From the IMG/VR virus record IMGVR_UViG_3300009786_004548: DNA of 64,000 nucleotides; one strand, given 5' to 3'. The notes below the pieces were generated by a model. It did not search any database, was not told the DNA's origin, and saw only the letters and a program-made list of their open reading frames with translations. This stretch comes from an uncultured virus (IMG/VR IMGVR_UViG_3300009786_004548). Lineage: Duplodnaviria; Heunggongvirae; Uroviricota; Caudoviricetes. The translations under genes were made by a program, and so were the position numbers. Positions 49,119 through 59,140 of this stretch are shown piece by piece. Within the stretch, counting starts at the first letter, position 1. The number at the start of each line of letters is the position of its first letter.

Positions 49119-49223
49119 AATCTGCCGCTTCTCTCTACGGATGGGCTGCCTGAAATCTTATGATAAAGTAATTAAAAAACGTCACAAGGTCAATGTGCTT
49201 TACTATTCAAAAGGAAACTAAAA

Positions 49224-50252
49224 ATGGAAAAAACCAAATTATCTAAAACTGCGCAGCAATTGGTGTCTCTAGGAAAAGGAATCCTTGCGGCAGACGAAAG
49301 CACCCCGACCATAACCAAAAGATTTAAGTCCATTAATACCGGATCAACGCATGAATTAAGAAGGGCCTATAGAAATATTCTTTTTACAACAGAAGGGCTA
49401 GAGCAGTACATCAGTGGCGTCATCATGTATGATGAAACTATAAATCAGAAAACATTTGACGGAACTCCATTTCCTAAATATCTATCAAATAAAGGAATCT
49501 TGACCGGAATAAAAGTAGACAAAGGCGCAAAAGAAATGGCCCAACACGAAAGAGAAACATTAACAGAAGGCTTAGACGGATTAAGAGAAAGGTTAAAAGA
49601 ATACAAAAGACTTGGCGCCTCATTCACCAAATGGAGAGCAGTTATCTCCGTAGGAAAAGAAATCCCGTCTTACACCTGTATTCGTGAAAACGCCATAAAT
49701 TTAGCTCGTTTTGCAGCAATGTCCCAAGAATGTGGATTAGTGCCAATTGTCGAACCAGAAGTTCTCATGGACGGCAATCAAAATGTTGACCAATCTCTTG
49801 AAATAACAGAAAAAGTATTAAAAAACACGTTTTCAGAACTACACTTTTTAAATGTGTTTTTAGAAGGAATGATTTTAAAATGCAACATGGTTCTAGAAGG
49901 ATACAACAGTCTCAATGCTGACATTACAGGAAGAGAAGTTGCAGAAAAAACTTTAAAATGTATATCTAGAACCGTCCCCCCAGCCGTACCAGGCATAGCC
50001 TTTTTATCAGGCGGACAAAGCTTCGAAGACGCCACAAAACATCTTAATCTCTTAAACAAGTTAATCATTCCAGGCATAGGGAAATGGCCTTGGCGATTAT
50101 CATTTTCTTATGGACGTGCCCTGCAACAACCTGCGTTACAAGCGTGGGGCGGAGACATGGAGTTAAGAACTGTTAAAAAAGCACAGGCTGCCTTGCTCCA
50201 CAGAGCCAAATGCAATTCAGAAGCCGCAATGGGAGTCTATCGATCTACTTAA
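49224..50252 (+). CDS. Class I fructose-bisphosphate aldolase
   Basis: GKGILAADES, KVDKG, KWRAV, PIVEPEV, FLSGGQ, FSYGRALQ. Confidence 0.96.
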   Translation: MEKTKLSKTAQQLVSLGKGILAADESTPTITKRFKSINTGSTHELRRAYRNILFTTEGLEQYISGVIMYDETINQKTFDGTPFPKYLSNKGILTGIKVDKGAKEMAQHERETLTEGLDGLRERLKEYKRLGASFTKWRAVISVGKEIPSYTCIRENAINLARFAAMSQECGLVPIVEPEVLMDGNQNVDQSLEITEKVLKNTFSELHFLNVFLEGMILKCNMVLEGYNSLNADITGREVAEKTLKCISRTVPPAVPGIAFLSGGQSFEDATKHLNLLNKLIIPGIGKWPWRLSFSYGRALQQPALQAWGGDMELRTVKKAQAALLHRAKCNSEAAMGVYRST

Positions 50253-50493
50253 CAGTTTGATCTTGCATACCATGTGTATCACCAACATTGCCATGAACAT
50301 CATATAATGGCGGAACATCAACTAAGCCAGGTGGCAGGCCGCTGCTGGTTCTAGGGTCCGGCTTCGGTGCAGGTTTAACTCGCCCAAAACGCATGACGGA
50401 TTCAAGAACTCTAACAAGAATAATGCCAATGAATATAGAAAAAATCAAATTAATTAAAACCAACACCAATAAAATACAAATCAAAACAACCAT
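50245..50493 (-). CDS. Small membrane protein
   Basis: N-terminal TM helix, Pro-rich tail. Confidence 0.6.
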   Translation of the reverse strand: MVVLICILLVLVLINLIFSIFIGIILVRVLESVMRFGRVKPAPKPDPRTSSGLPPGLVDVPPLYDVHGNVGDTHGMQDQTVK

Positions 50494-50504
50494 AAATTAT
50501 ATCC

Positions 50505-53500
50505 TTACAAATATGTATCAAGCAAGGCAGATGACTCCGCCGTTGCTACCTCCCCGGTTTGGGAATCTTCTGGAGGAAGTATATGTCCCAGATCCACTTC
50601 AATAAACGCAGTTGAAGTCGTAACTTTCTCTTCTATTTTTAACTCTAAAGGATGTTCCTTCCAATAATTTCCGACAAATAACCGAATATCATCATTTATT
50701 ATAGTATCAACAACAAAACTACTAGAAGCCGCTGACGAGGCTGTCACCGTGGTTATTTTACTTTGTGTATCAATTTCAAATGATGCATCAAGTCTTTGTC
50801 CTCTACTACAAAAATGACCTTTTGGAAACACCAAAACGACTCTAGTATCTTTATCTACTTCCGGCTCATGGTGATAGTGAACTAGAAGAGAAAACTTCCA
50901 CGCATCATAGCCAAGATCATTAGATCCTATCTCAGGAATGCAAGACCATTCAAAAAGAACATCAAAAATTTCTTCACCAGAAATACTTTCATAGTGAAAA
51001 TTATTTCTCCAAGAACCCGTAATAGAATTATAAATCAATTTAATATCGACTGGAAGGGTAAAAGCATTCCTTTGTATAAACTTCCCAAGTTTAGAGGCAT
51101 GCAATAAATTATGTTTTAAATTAACCATAGCATTAACAGGGTCGCATCCACACAAATTAACCACATCAGGAAGATCGACAACATGTTCCGGGGCCTCGCC
51201 TGTACCAAAAAATACATCAAAACCAGAATAAGTAACATCATATTTAACTGACGTGGTCAAATCCTCAAAATACCCAGACACTCCGCCAGTAGTATCAATG
51301 TGGGAGGTTCCTGACAATGTCGCACCACCAGAACCAACATAACTATAAGAAGAAGATTCTCCGAGTATGGCCTCCCCAGAAATAGTAATCCCTCCCGAAC
51401 TAACATAGTTCCTAAAAGGAACACCGGCAATTGCAGAGCCGCCTATTGTCGCACCTATCTTCAAATGATAAATAGACATTTCAACATAATCTATAAGAGC
51501 AGAAACCGACCCGGCAGCAGAAGAAGGCAAGTCATTCTTTGCAGAAAGAACTACTCCAAAAGTAGAATCATTTATATCGTCATAAGTTAAATCAAGACCC
51601 CAAGTGTCAAACGGAGGCCAATCGATACCGGGTACCGGCGTGTCGTTATCATCAAAACCATATTCTACAAAAGCAGGATCATAATAAGTTATTTCTAGAA
51701 AAGCTGACCCAGTTCCAGACTGATTTTGTCCAAAAGCACGAAATTGAATTTCCCAATCACTTCCAGCACTTGATGGGTCTCTAAAATAAACCACCATTGC
51801 GGAGTCAGGATGCGTCCACCCATCACGATCCACTATCTCTTGAATTACACTAGAAATATCGGGAGTCTCTATGAAATTTCCACTTTGAGTATTATCAAAT
51901 GTCCAAGTCACATTAGATGTAGTGGGAACGGCCCCCGTAACTGCATGTGCAGTCAGGGGCAGACCGGCGTCATCAGAAGCGTTGGCACAAATTTTCGCAG
52001 TTTGCCCATTTGCATTGGTATTCCCATCAACTAGAAGTGTTATCTTAGCAGAAGTAATTTTAGCATCACTAGGAATATTGACATCCACAAATCTCATGAA
52101 GCTTTGGCTATCGTAGGCAGCAGTGTGCGACACCGAATGCGTTGTGTTCGTACTGTTGAACGCATACGAGCCATTAGCAAGTAATTTTACCGATCCATCA
52201 TTTTGATAATTGGAAACACTTTCATCAATAGATGTAATCACTCCCCACGGTGGCGGAGAATACAGCCAGTTATTAGCAGCAGGGAGAATTTTATCATCTC
52301 CTTGAACAGTACCATCTTTAACCAACTTAATTGATTCATCTTTAATACTATCGCCACCTGTCTGGTGTTTATCAACAAGAACTCTCACGCCCATAATCGT
52401 ATCAACAGATGGAATACTAAAACCAAAATTAGTAGATTTTAAGTATTTAGAAATAACTCCTGCCGACAAAACAACAGAAGCATCCTGTCCATCATTTGAT
52501 GAGGCTGAGGAAGGAGAAGTCCAATCAACGGTTCCCACAGTTGCGTCACTAACAAATGTAGAAGCAGATTCAACAGATGTAGTAACATCATTTCCTATAA
52601 CATTAAACCTTGGATAATACTCTCCCCCTAAAGAAATCCCGCCAGTGGCGGAATATGTCCATGATGGCGAGGCTACGTATACTTCTCCCGACATAACGGG
52701 TCCGCCAACTCCCGCATATAAATAAACAGTTGAATTAAATGGAAGAGAAGTGCCTCCCAACTCTAGTGGCACAAGGCCAACATAATTTGATATAAAAGCA
52801 CCGGCCAAGCCGCCAAGACTAATTCCTCCACTTGGTATGATACGAAGCAAAATGCGAGGATTGGCAGTCCAATGTTCATCAAGCGACCCAGAAGACTGAA
52901 TGCCGCCCGAACCAGAAAAAGAATATGCAGTAGATACCACATCATACACCCCTCCTAGTGCCATACCTCCTTCAATTGGGTTGTCTACACCACCACTAAA
53001 ATCTGTTTTCGACATACCAACGTCACCACTATCTGTCAAAGAAACAGTAGTGTTGCCCACTGTTCCTTTAGTAGATTGTGTGATTGTTACAACGGCATTA
53101 TTTGCTGCCGCTGAAAAATTGGCGTTTGCATTAATAAAAATTGCCAAAGCAGAAGCAGCTTCATTATTTGAAGCACCTAAATCCCAACTTCCATCAGAAC
53201 CACCAGTAAAATCTGTTTTAGACATACCAGCGTCACCACTGTCTGTCAAAGAAACAGTAGTGTTCCCCGCTACGCTGCCAATAGATTGTGTGATTGTTAC
53301 GACCGCATTATTTGCTGAAGCTGAGAAATTAGAATTTGCATTAACAAAGATCGCTAAAGCAGCAGCGGCATCAGCGTTTGAACTACCAACATCCCAGTCC
53401 CCGTCAACACCACCAGTAAAGTCCGTTTTAGACATACCAGAGTTACCACTATCTGTTAAAACAACCGTAGTGTTCCCCGCTGCTCCTTCAATAGATTGCG

Positions 53501-54158
53501 TGATTGTTACAACCGTATTATTTGCTGAAGCTGAGAAATTAGAATTTGCATTAATAAGATTTGCCAACGCAGAAGCGATGTAGCTCTCAGCATGTGTGCC
53601 CCAGGCAATATCAAAATCAATATCTACGCTTGGAGCGTTTGTCGCTCGCAAAGTCACCTTGTCTCCAGCATTAAGTTCAGCATAATCGGTTATTGTGACT
53701 GTGGCGGTTGCAGCAACATCAGAATCTACAGCAAAATCAATGTCTGTGCTCGGAGCACTTGTTGATCGTAAAGCGACCTTATCTCCATCATTCAGTTCGG
53801 CATAGTCAGTTATAGTGACTGTGGATGTGGCTGAGGTATCGAGATCTACAGCAAAATCAATATCTATACTTGGGGCACTTGCTGATCGTAAAGTGACCTT
53901 ATCTCCAGTGCCAAGTTCAATCTTATCAATTATAGTAACTGTGGTGGTTGCTGGGCGTGGAGAATAATATCTTGGAGTAAAACTGGATACTACGATGGAT
54001 TCCCCAGAAATAACCGGAGACGCAGTGCCCTGGTACGATTGTGCCGACGAAACTATTGTCGCCTGTCCTTCTACAACAACTCCATCAATCCCAACATAGT
54101 TACCATGAGGACGGGCAATTACAGCAACGGCGCTGCCTCCTAAATTCATATGCGCCAT
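50505..54158 (-). CDS. Large virion structural/adhesin-like protein (1217 aa)
   Basis: G/S/T-rich beta repeats, nested triplicated domain, carbohydrate-binding-like segment (MRF...IPSDAKITSAKITL). Confidence 0.75.
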   Translation of the reverse strand: MAHMNLGGSAVAVIARPHGNYVGIDGVVVEGQATIVSSAQSYQGTASPVISGESIVVSSFTPRYYSPRPATTTVTIIDKIELGTGDKVTLRSASAPSIDIDFAVDLDTSATSTVTITDYAELNDGDKVALRSTSAPSTDIDFAVDSDVAATATVTITDYAELNAGDKVTLRATNAPSVDIDFDIAWGTHAESYIASALANLINANSNFSASANNTVVTITQSIEGAAGNTTVVLTDSGNSGMSKTDFTGGVDGDWDVGSSNADAAAALAIFVNANSNFSASANNAVVTITQSIGSVAGNTTVSLTDSGDAGMSKTDFTGGSDGSWDLGASNNEAASALAIFINANANFSAAANNAVVTITQSTKGTVGNTTVSLTDSGDVGMSKTDFSGGVDNPIEGGMALGGVYDVVSTAYSFSGSGGIQSSGSLDEHWTANPRILLRIIPSGGISLGGLAGAFISNYVGLVPLELGGTSLPFNSTVYLYAGVGGPVMSGEVYVASPSWTYSATGGISLGGEYYPRFNVIGNDVTTSVESASTFVSDATVGTVDWTSPSSASSNDGQDASVVLSAGVISKYLKSTNFGFSIPSVDTIMGVRVLVDKHQTGGDSIKDESIKLVKDGTVQGDDKILPAANNWLYSPPPWGVITSIDESVSNYQNDGSVKLLANGSYAFNSTNTTHSVSHTAAYDSQSFMRFVDVNIPSDAKITSAKITLLVDGNTNANGQTAKICANASDDAGLPLTAHAVTGAVPTTSNVTWTFDNTQSGNFIETPDISSVIQEIVDRDGWTHPDSAMVVYFRDPSSAGSDWEIQFRAFGQNQSGTGSAFLEITYYDPAFVEYGFDDNDTPVPGIDWPPFDTWGLDLTYDDINDSTFGVVLSAKNDLPSSAAGSVSALIDYVEMSIYHLKIGATIGGSAIAGVPFRNYVSSGGITISGEAILGESSSYSYVGSGGATLSGTSHIDTTGGVSGYFEDLTTSVKYDVTYSGFDVFFGTGEAPEHVVDLPDVVNLCGCDPVNAMVNLKHNLLHASKLGKFIQRNAFTLPVDIKLIYNSITGSWRNNFHYESISGEEIFDVLFEWSCIPEIGSNDLGYDAWKFSLLVHYHHEPEVDKDTRVVLVFPKGHFCSRGQRLDASFEIDTQSKITTVTASSAASSSFVVDTIINDDIRLFVGNYWKEHPLELKIEEKVTTSTAFIEVDLGHILPPEDSQTGEVATAESSALLDTYL

Positions 54159-54721
54159 TATTCACCGCCCCCAAAAACAAACACCCTTTCAACTGCAATT
54201 GAAAAATTTAACTTTTTGTATATATGGGTAACATTATAGTCTATACATTCAGGAACATTAGCCCATACGACATGTGGAATGTCAGTTAAAGTTTGAAATT
54301 CCACTTCATTTGCATTAGGCACATTAGGACCAGATGGCGCTGCTTCTGTGGGGTCTCCATATATGTCAGAACAGCAATCGGTGTTGGGTGGTCCCAATGG
54401 ATTACCAAATCCTTTAAGGTTTGCCCCCTGTGCCGGTTGGTTAAAAACCTGTATTTTGCAGATAGGCCAATAAAATTCCCTCTTTCTTAACTGAAGGCAC
54501 AAATCACCCAGATCTCTTGCTAATATATTAACAACAAATCTAGACTCGCACTTAAGGCCAGCATTAGGATTGGGCGCTCCTGTGTCAGGAGTGGTTTGAC
54601 CAGTGTCAAATCCAGTAGTATTCTGGCCGGGCACAATACAACACCCCTCAACACGATAATTCTTAAGGGGAAGTTTACCTACATTCCACTTCAAGGAAAG
54701 TTCGCTAACCACTGCCATCAA
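54158..54721 (-). CDS. Hypothetical, probably structural protein
   Basis: TAATG-coupled to the 1217-aa gene. Confidence 0.65.
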   Translation of the reverse strand: MMAVVSELSLKWNVGKLPLKNYRVEGCCIVPGQNTTGFDTGQTTPDTGAPNPNAGLKCESRFVVNILARDLGDLCLQLRKREFYWPICKIQVFNQPAQGANLKGFGNPLGPPNTDCCSDIYGDPTEAAPSGPNVPNANEVEFQTLTDIPHVVWANVPECIDYNVTHIYKKLNFSIAVERVFVFGGGE

Positions 54722-54757
54722 ACAACTCCATAAAAAAAGACTAATAGTATGTATTAT

Positions 54758-55411
54758 TTACTCTAGTCTTTCAAGAATTGCAGAGACTAAAGGATGCCGA
54801 ACAATAGAATCTGAGCCAAATTCAATAACGCCAATGCCGTCGATACTCTCTAGTCTAGAAACAACATATGTTAATGCTACATCGCCCAACAAATCACTTT
54901 GTCGTGGATCGCCAGTAACAATTACTTTACTATTATCATTAAAACGACTTAAAAAAAGCTTCAATTGTTGTTTAGTAGCGTTCTGAGCTTCATCAAATAT
55001 ACAAACAGAATCATCAAAAGACCTTCCCCTCATATATGCTAAAGGAGCTACTTCAATAGCTTTCTCTATAGCCTCTTTTTGGGATTCAGAACCAGTCAAT
55101 TTGGTTATTGCGTCAAATAAAGGAAGCATATATGGATTGACTTTTTCATCAAAAGTGCCAGGCAAAAATCCTAAGCTTTCACCAGCCTCAACTATAGGGC
55201 GAGTCAATATAATTCTTTTTTTTCTCTTAGAAAGAACTTCGTTTATAGCAAAAGCTGTTGCCAAATATGACTTACCCACTCCTGCGGGTCCTAATAAAAA
55301 TGTAACATCATTCTCGCAAAAACAATCATAAGCTTCCTTTTGTGCAGGATTAAGGAAGTCTATATGAAAAGTTTTACGAGGACTTTTTTTGGTAGTTGGT
55401 TTTCTTGCCAT
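54758..55411 (-). CDS. phoH: PhoH family ATPase
   Basis: GPAGVGKS, LGFLPG, YMRGRSF, DEAQN, GD..QSD, RH. Confidence 0.95.
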   Translation of the reverse strand: MARKPTTKKSPRKTFHIDFLNPAQKEAYDCFCENDVTFLLGPAGVGKSYLATAFAINEVLSKRKKRIILTRPIVEAGESLGFLPGTFDEKVNPYMLPLFDAITKLTGSESQKEAIEKAIEVAPLAYMRGRSFDDSVCIFDEAQNATKQQLKLFLSRFNDNSKVIVTGDPRQSDLLGDVALTYVVSRLESIDGIGVIEFGSDSIVRHPLVSAILERLE

Positions 55412-55540
55412 CAAGTTATATATGATATAATAAAAAAGTTTAGCCCCAAATAAATTAAGGCTAAACCATACATCACAAATTTTGGCTCTAAATAGAGCTT
55501 GTGTTATTAAAAACGATAACCTTTTTCAATATATAACTCT

Positions 55541-55966
55541 ATGAACTTTAAAACATTTATAGAATCAAAAGAACAAGATCAAGTAGAAAAGACTTTAGGG
55601 AAACTACCTAAAGCACACAAAGAGCTTGTGAAAAACTATAAAATAAAGTTCACTCCTAAGAGCACACTAAAAAACGACCCAAAACACATTGGTTCCATAG
55701 ACGACAAAGAAATAATAATAGCAGCGCCTTGGAACTATGGAAGAGAATTTACAATACTGCATGAAATAGGTCATTTGATATGGGGCGAATTATTAAATAA
55801 AGATCTAAAAGCCAAATGGAAAAAAATAGTTAAAAAAACTAAAAACAAGCAAAATCAAAATTCCGAAGAACTATTCTGCATGGCCTACGCAAATTATTAT
55901 TCAAAAAATAAAATTACCATTCATGACCACGAAGAATGGAATAAATTTATAAAGGAAGAACTATGA
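55541..55966 (+). CDS. Zincin metallopeptidase with capsid-targeting-like N-terminus
   Basis: HEIGH...EELFC; begins MNFKTFIE. Confidence 0.78.
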   Translation: MNFKTFIESKEQDQVEKTLGKLPKAHKELVKNYKIKFTPKSTLKNDPKHIGSIDDKEIIIAAPWNYGREFTILHEIGHLIWGELLNKDLKAKWKKIVKKTKNKQNQNSEELFCMAYANYYSKNKITIHDHEEWNKFIKEEL

Positions 55967-56394
55967 AATCATTCAAAACTTGGTTAGAAGATTATGATCC
56001 ACGGGATGATATACCTGGCGGTTCTTATAAGTTTGAAGTTGAAGAAATTGGATATGCCGATAATAGACCAGCAATCATAGGTCTGCCCTCTCAAGGAGAG
56101 GACAAGGAAGTATATCAAGTAGTGTATGATCTTAGTTATGAAATGACACCAGGAATGAAAGGACATACATCAAAGGCAGACTTTGGAGTTCAAATGACTC
56201 CCGATGATCCAAACGAATATGAAATAACCCACAATGATCCGATAGAAGTTAATCATGAAAAACTTGATAAAAACCATCCAATATTAAAAACCTTTCATAT
56301 CACTCTAGACAACTTGAAAGAAGTTCTTCTTAAATATTTTGATGCCCATTTACACGATGAAGCACTAGAGCGAGTGGAAGAACATGGTGTTTAA
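55963..56394 (+). CDS. Acidic hypothetical protein with capsid-targeting-like N-terminus
   Basis: Begins MKSFKTWLE. Confidence 0.7.
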   Translation: MKSFKTWLEDYDPRDDIPGGSYKFEVEEIGYADNRPAIIGLPSQGEDKEVYQVVYDLSYEMTPGMKGHTSKADFGVQMTPDDPNEYEITHNDPIEVNHEKLDKNHPILKTFHITLDNLKEVLLKYFDAHLHDEALERVEEHGV

Positions 56395-56434
56395 CACACA
56401 TTGATTTAATCCATCATGTCGCTAAAATTACAAT

Positions 56435-57187
56435 ATGATAAAAGGAATAATATTAGCGGGAGGAATGGGGACACGACTACACCCGCTCACCAAAGTAACC
56501 AATAAAAACCTCTTGCCCATCTACAATAAGCCAATGATATATTGGCCTATAAAAACTCTAGTAGAAAGCGGCATAAAAGATGTCCTGCTAGTGTCAGGAG
56601 GGAATAATGCAGGTAGTTTCCTAAACGTTCTCGAAGACGGCAAGGCACTTGGTTTAAGAACTCTAAACTATGCCTACCAAAAAGAACCAAATGGGGTAGC
56701 CGACGCTCTCAGCTTGGCTAAAGAATGGGCTGGGGATTCCCCCGTTTGTGTGATATTAGGAGACAACATATTCGAATGCCCCGTTCCTGAGGGAATCCAA
56801 TCTTTCGCAAAAGACCCCACAGGCGCACGAGTTTTCACATATAAAACAAAAAATCCAAAATTCTATGGAGTAGCAGAGGTAAACGAAAATAACGAGGTTG
56901 TTTCTATAGTGGAAAAACCAAAATCCCCCAAATCAAACTTAGCAGTGGTTGGACTTTATTTATATGACAAATACATTTGGGAGCATATTGATTCCCTAAC
57001 CCCTTCTTGGCGAGGCGAATTTGAAATCACGGATGTTAACAATCAATATCTTTCAGAAGGAAAGCTAAAAGCCAATATGGTTAAAGGTTGGTGGCAAGAT
57101 GCGGGAGAAAGCATTGACACCTATCTTGATACATGTATCAAAGTGAGAGAATTTGAACTCAACAAGTCCAACCCGAATCTGGAATAA
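56435..57187 (+). CDS. rfbA: Glucose-1-phosphate thymidylyltransferase-like
   Basis: GIILAGG.GTRL.PLT, LGDN, EKP, RGEFEITD. Confidence 0.88.
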   Translation: MIKGIILAGGMGTRLHPLTKVTNKNLLPIYNKPMIYWPIKTLVESGIKDVLLVSGGNNAGSFLNVLEDGKALGLRTLNYAYQKEPNGVADALSLAKEWAGDSPVCVILGDNIFECPVPEGIQSFAKDPTGARVFTYKTKNPKFYGVAEVNENNEVVSIVEKPKSPKSNLAVVGLYLYDKYIWEHIDSLTPSWRGEFEITDVNNQYLSEGKLKANMVKGWWQDAGESIDTYLDTCIKVREFELNKSNPNLE

Positions 57188-57401
57188 TCCAGCCATCAGC
57201 TTCCGTGTCATCAGAAAATTCGTGATCAAAAGTAAGCCTGTCCATCGAATCAACAAAAACAGTACTCCATTCATCATACTCGTCCTGCCACTCAAACCAA
57301 TCTTCCGAATCAGTATTTAGAAGATAACATAAATCTTCTTCTTTATTGTAATATGCTTTCCAAACCACAATATTTTCTTGTTCAGCAAAGCTCATGATCA
57401 A
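57159..57401 (-). CDS. Acidic hypothetical protein
   Basis: 80-aa ORF. Confidence 0.55.
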   Translation of the reverse strand: MIMSFAEQENIVVWKAYYNKEEDLCYLLNTDSEDWFEWQDEYDEWSTVFVDSMDRLTFDHEFSDDTEADGWIIPDSGWTC

Positions 57402-57416
57402 TCGCCACCCTTCGAT

Positions 57417-58151
57417 TTAAACGGATTCACTCTGAATGTCCTGAATTAACTTAGGCAAAGTTACAGTGGCTTGTTCAGTCAATCTTTCATAATCATTAAT
57501 ATCTAAACTAAAAATACGATAATGATGAGCAATGGGATTTCTCATAACTTGAGGATTAAACCCTTTGCGTTGGCACTGCATGGTAAGTATGAACGGACAA
57601 CCTACTTGAGGAACTGATGCCTCAAAAGGCCCACAAGCCTCAAAACACTCCTTTGTTACCAAAACCAACCACTCTTGAATAAAATCTACTTTTTGATTCT
57701 GCATATAGTAAGACTGAAGTTCTGTTCCAACCAATCCAGCGTTCTGAGATTCTGAGACGTTGACAAGAAGATCCAACCATGCTGGATTAGTTATGACAAC
57801 ATCACAGTGCATAAAAACAACATACTTAGAAGACTCAGATATTTCTTTAAAACCTTTATTCGCTGCCGGACCCCAGTACAGATTCTCCTTGTTTCTTACA
57901 ACTGTTACCTCGTCCTCAATATCATCTAGAAATTCTTGGCTTTCTTTTCCAGAATTATTGTCTACAACAATAATTTCATAATTATTATTGAAACTAGTAA
58001 CAGCTATAGATTGCAAACAAATATTTAAATATTCAGGTCGATCTTTATGCACTATAACAATAGAGATGTGTTCCTCACTACCATCATTTAAATCTAATGT
58101 TAGTTCGGGACGCTCCCCTTCCAAGGGATTATGTGGAGTAATTTCTGACAT
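57417..58151 (-). CDS. Glycosyltransferase family 2
   Basis: YEIIVVDNNS, AANKG, HCD. Confidence 0.85.
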   Translation of the reverse strand: MSEITPHNPLEGERPELTLDLNDGSEEHISIVIVHKDRPEYLNICLQSIAVTSFNNNYEIIVVDNNSGKESQEFLDDIEDEVTVVRNKENLYWGPAANKGFKEISESSKYVVFMHCDVVITNPAWLDLLVNVSESQNAGLVGTELQSYYMQNQKVDFIQEWLVLVTKECFEACGPFEASVPQVGCPFILTMQCQRKGFNPQVMRNPIAHHYRIFSLDINDYERLTEQATVTLPKLIQDIQSESV

Positions 58152-58163
58152 TATAACTTTTTC

Positions 58164-58198
58164 CTTTATTCTTTATTCTTTATTCTTTATTCTTTATT
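58164..58198. repeat. 7-bp tandem repeat x5 (ctttatt)
   Basis: Read directly; lies between a stop codon and the GT2 RBS. Confidence 0.95.
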
Positions 58199-58390
58199 CT
58201 TCAACTTCTATTTCAAAAACGCCTCTTTCACAAAGGCATTCAACACCAGATATTGTCTCAGCCCGTTGTGCGGCAATTGTTTTAACGAAAGACTCTGCCT
58301 CGGTTGATTCTTTAAAAGCTTTTTCAGGTTTAATAAAAACATAGTCTCCATCAACCTGTCTGGCTACTGTTATTATAGCAAATATCTTCA
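58194..58390 (-). CDS. Hypothetical protein
   Basis: Likely start MKIFAII with AAGGTG RBS. Confidence 0.6.
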
Positions 58391-58407
58391 TTTTATTACA
58401 CCTTATT

Positions 58408-58890
58408 TTAGTGAAGCAAATAATCGTCTTTTTGTACAAATTTAAAAAAAATAGTAGGTTCAATCATCATTTGCGCAAACTTGTCCCCACGACAAATCGC
58501 AATGGATTCATCTCCTAAATTGCCAACAATAACATTTAACTCTCCATTTTCAGAAGACCCTATCGGTCCATTCAAAGTTACGAACCCTTTATTTGCTAAC
58601 TCTGCATTTGGATTGATTATTACTTTATAACCAAATGGGATGTCCATTGAAAAACCACATTTAATAGAAGAAACCTTCCCAACTTCAATGGTAACATCAT
58701 CTTCCAAATCCGCAAACAAATCCGCTGCGGCGGAATTTTGATTTTGATAAGACGGAACAAACTCCTTGTTTTCAACTTTTAAAACAGTATCTACAAATGA
58801 ATTAAAATTGATGTCGAAGTCAGCTATAGGGGACTTAGGCATTTTGGGAATCGCCGTTACAAAAGAATCTTCTTTATCTCTTTGTGGCAT
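58408..58890 (-). CDS. Degenerate trimeric dUTPase-like protein
   Basis: AAADL and GDKFAQ retained; motifs II, III and V lost. Confidence 0.75.
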   Translation of the reverse strand: MPQRDKEDSFVTAIPKMPKSPIADFDINFNSFVDTVLKVENKEFVPSYQNQNSAAADLFADLEDDVTIEVGKVSSIKCGFSMDIPFGYKVIINPNAELANKGFVTLNGPIGSSENGELNVIVGNLGDESIAICRGDKFAQMMIEPTIFFKFVQKDDYLLH

Positions 58891-59140
58891 TTTCTCGTGC
58901 TTTGACTAAATGAGTATCAAAGTTTTTAACAAACGAACTTAAAGCAGAATTAGGATATTTATTGACCAATAAAACCAACTCCTCCTTAACAGGCTCTTCT
59001 ATATCTCCATTTTTTCTAATCCAATTATGCACTCGTTCCAGTGTCAATGGCTTATCAAAAAAAGGGGACTTTCCCTCTTCTCCAATAACCCCCATACCGA
59101 AATTCATTCTATTTGCTTCCGCCATCTTTTTCACTCCCAA
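58874..59140 (-). CDS. Hypothetical protein
   Basis: Operon packing. Confidence 0.6.
   Translation of the reverse strand: MGVKKMAEANRMNFGMGVIGEEGKSPFFDKPLTLERVHNWIRKNGDIEEPVKEELVLLVNKYPNSALSSFVKNFDTHLVKARENATKR

Noticed and set aside
52900..53583. 227-aa plus-strand ORF and other antisense ORFs in the track
   Set aside because: Shadows of well-supported genes on the opposite strand
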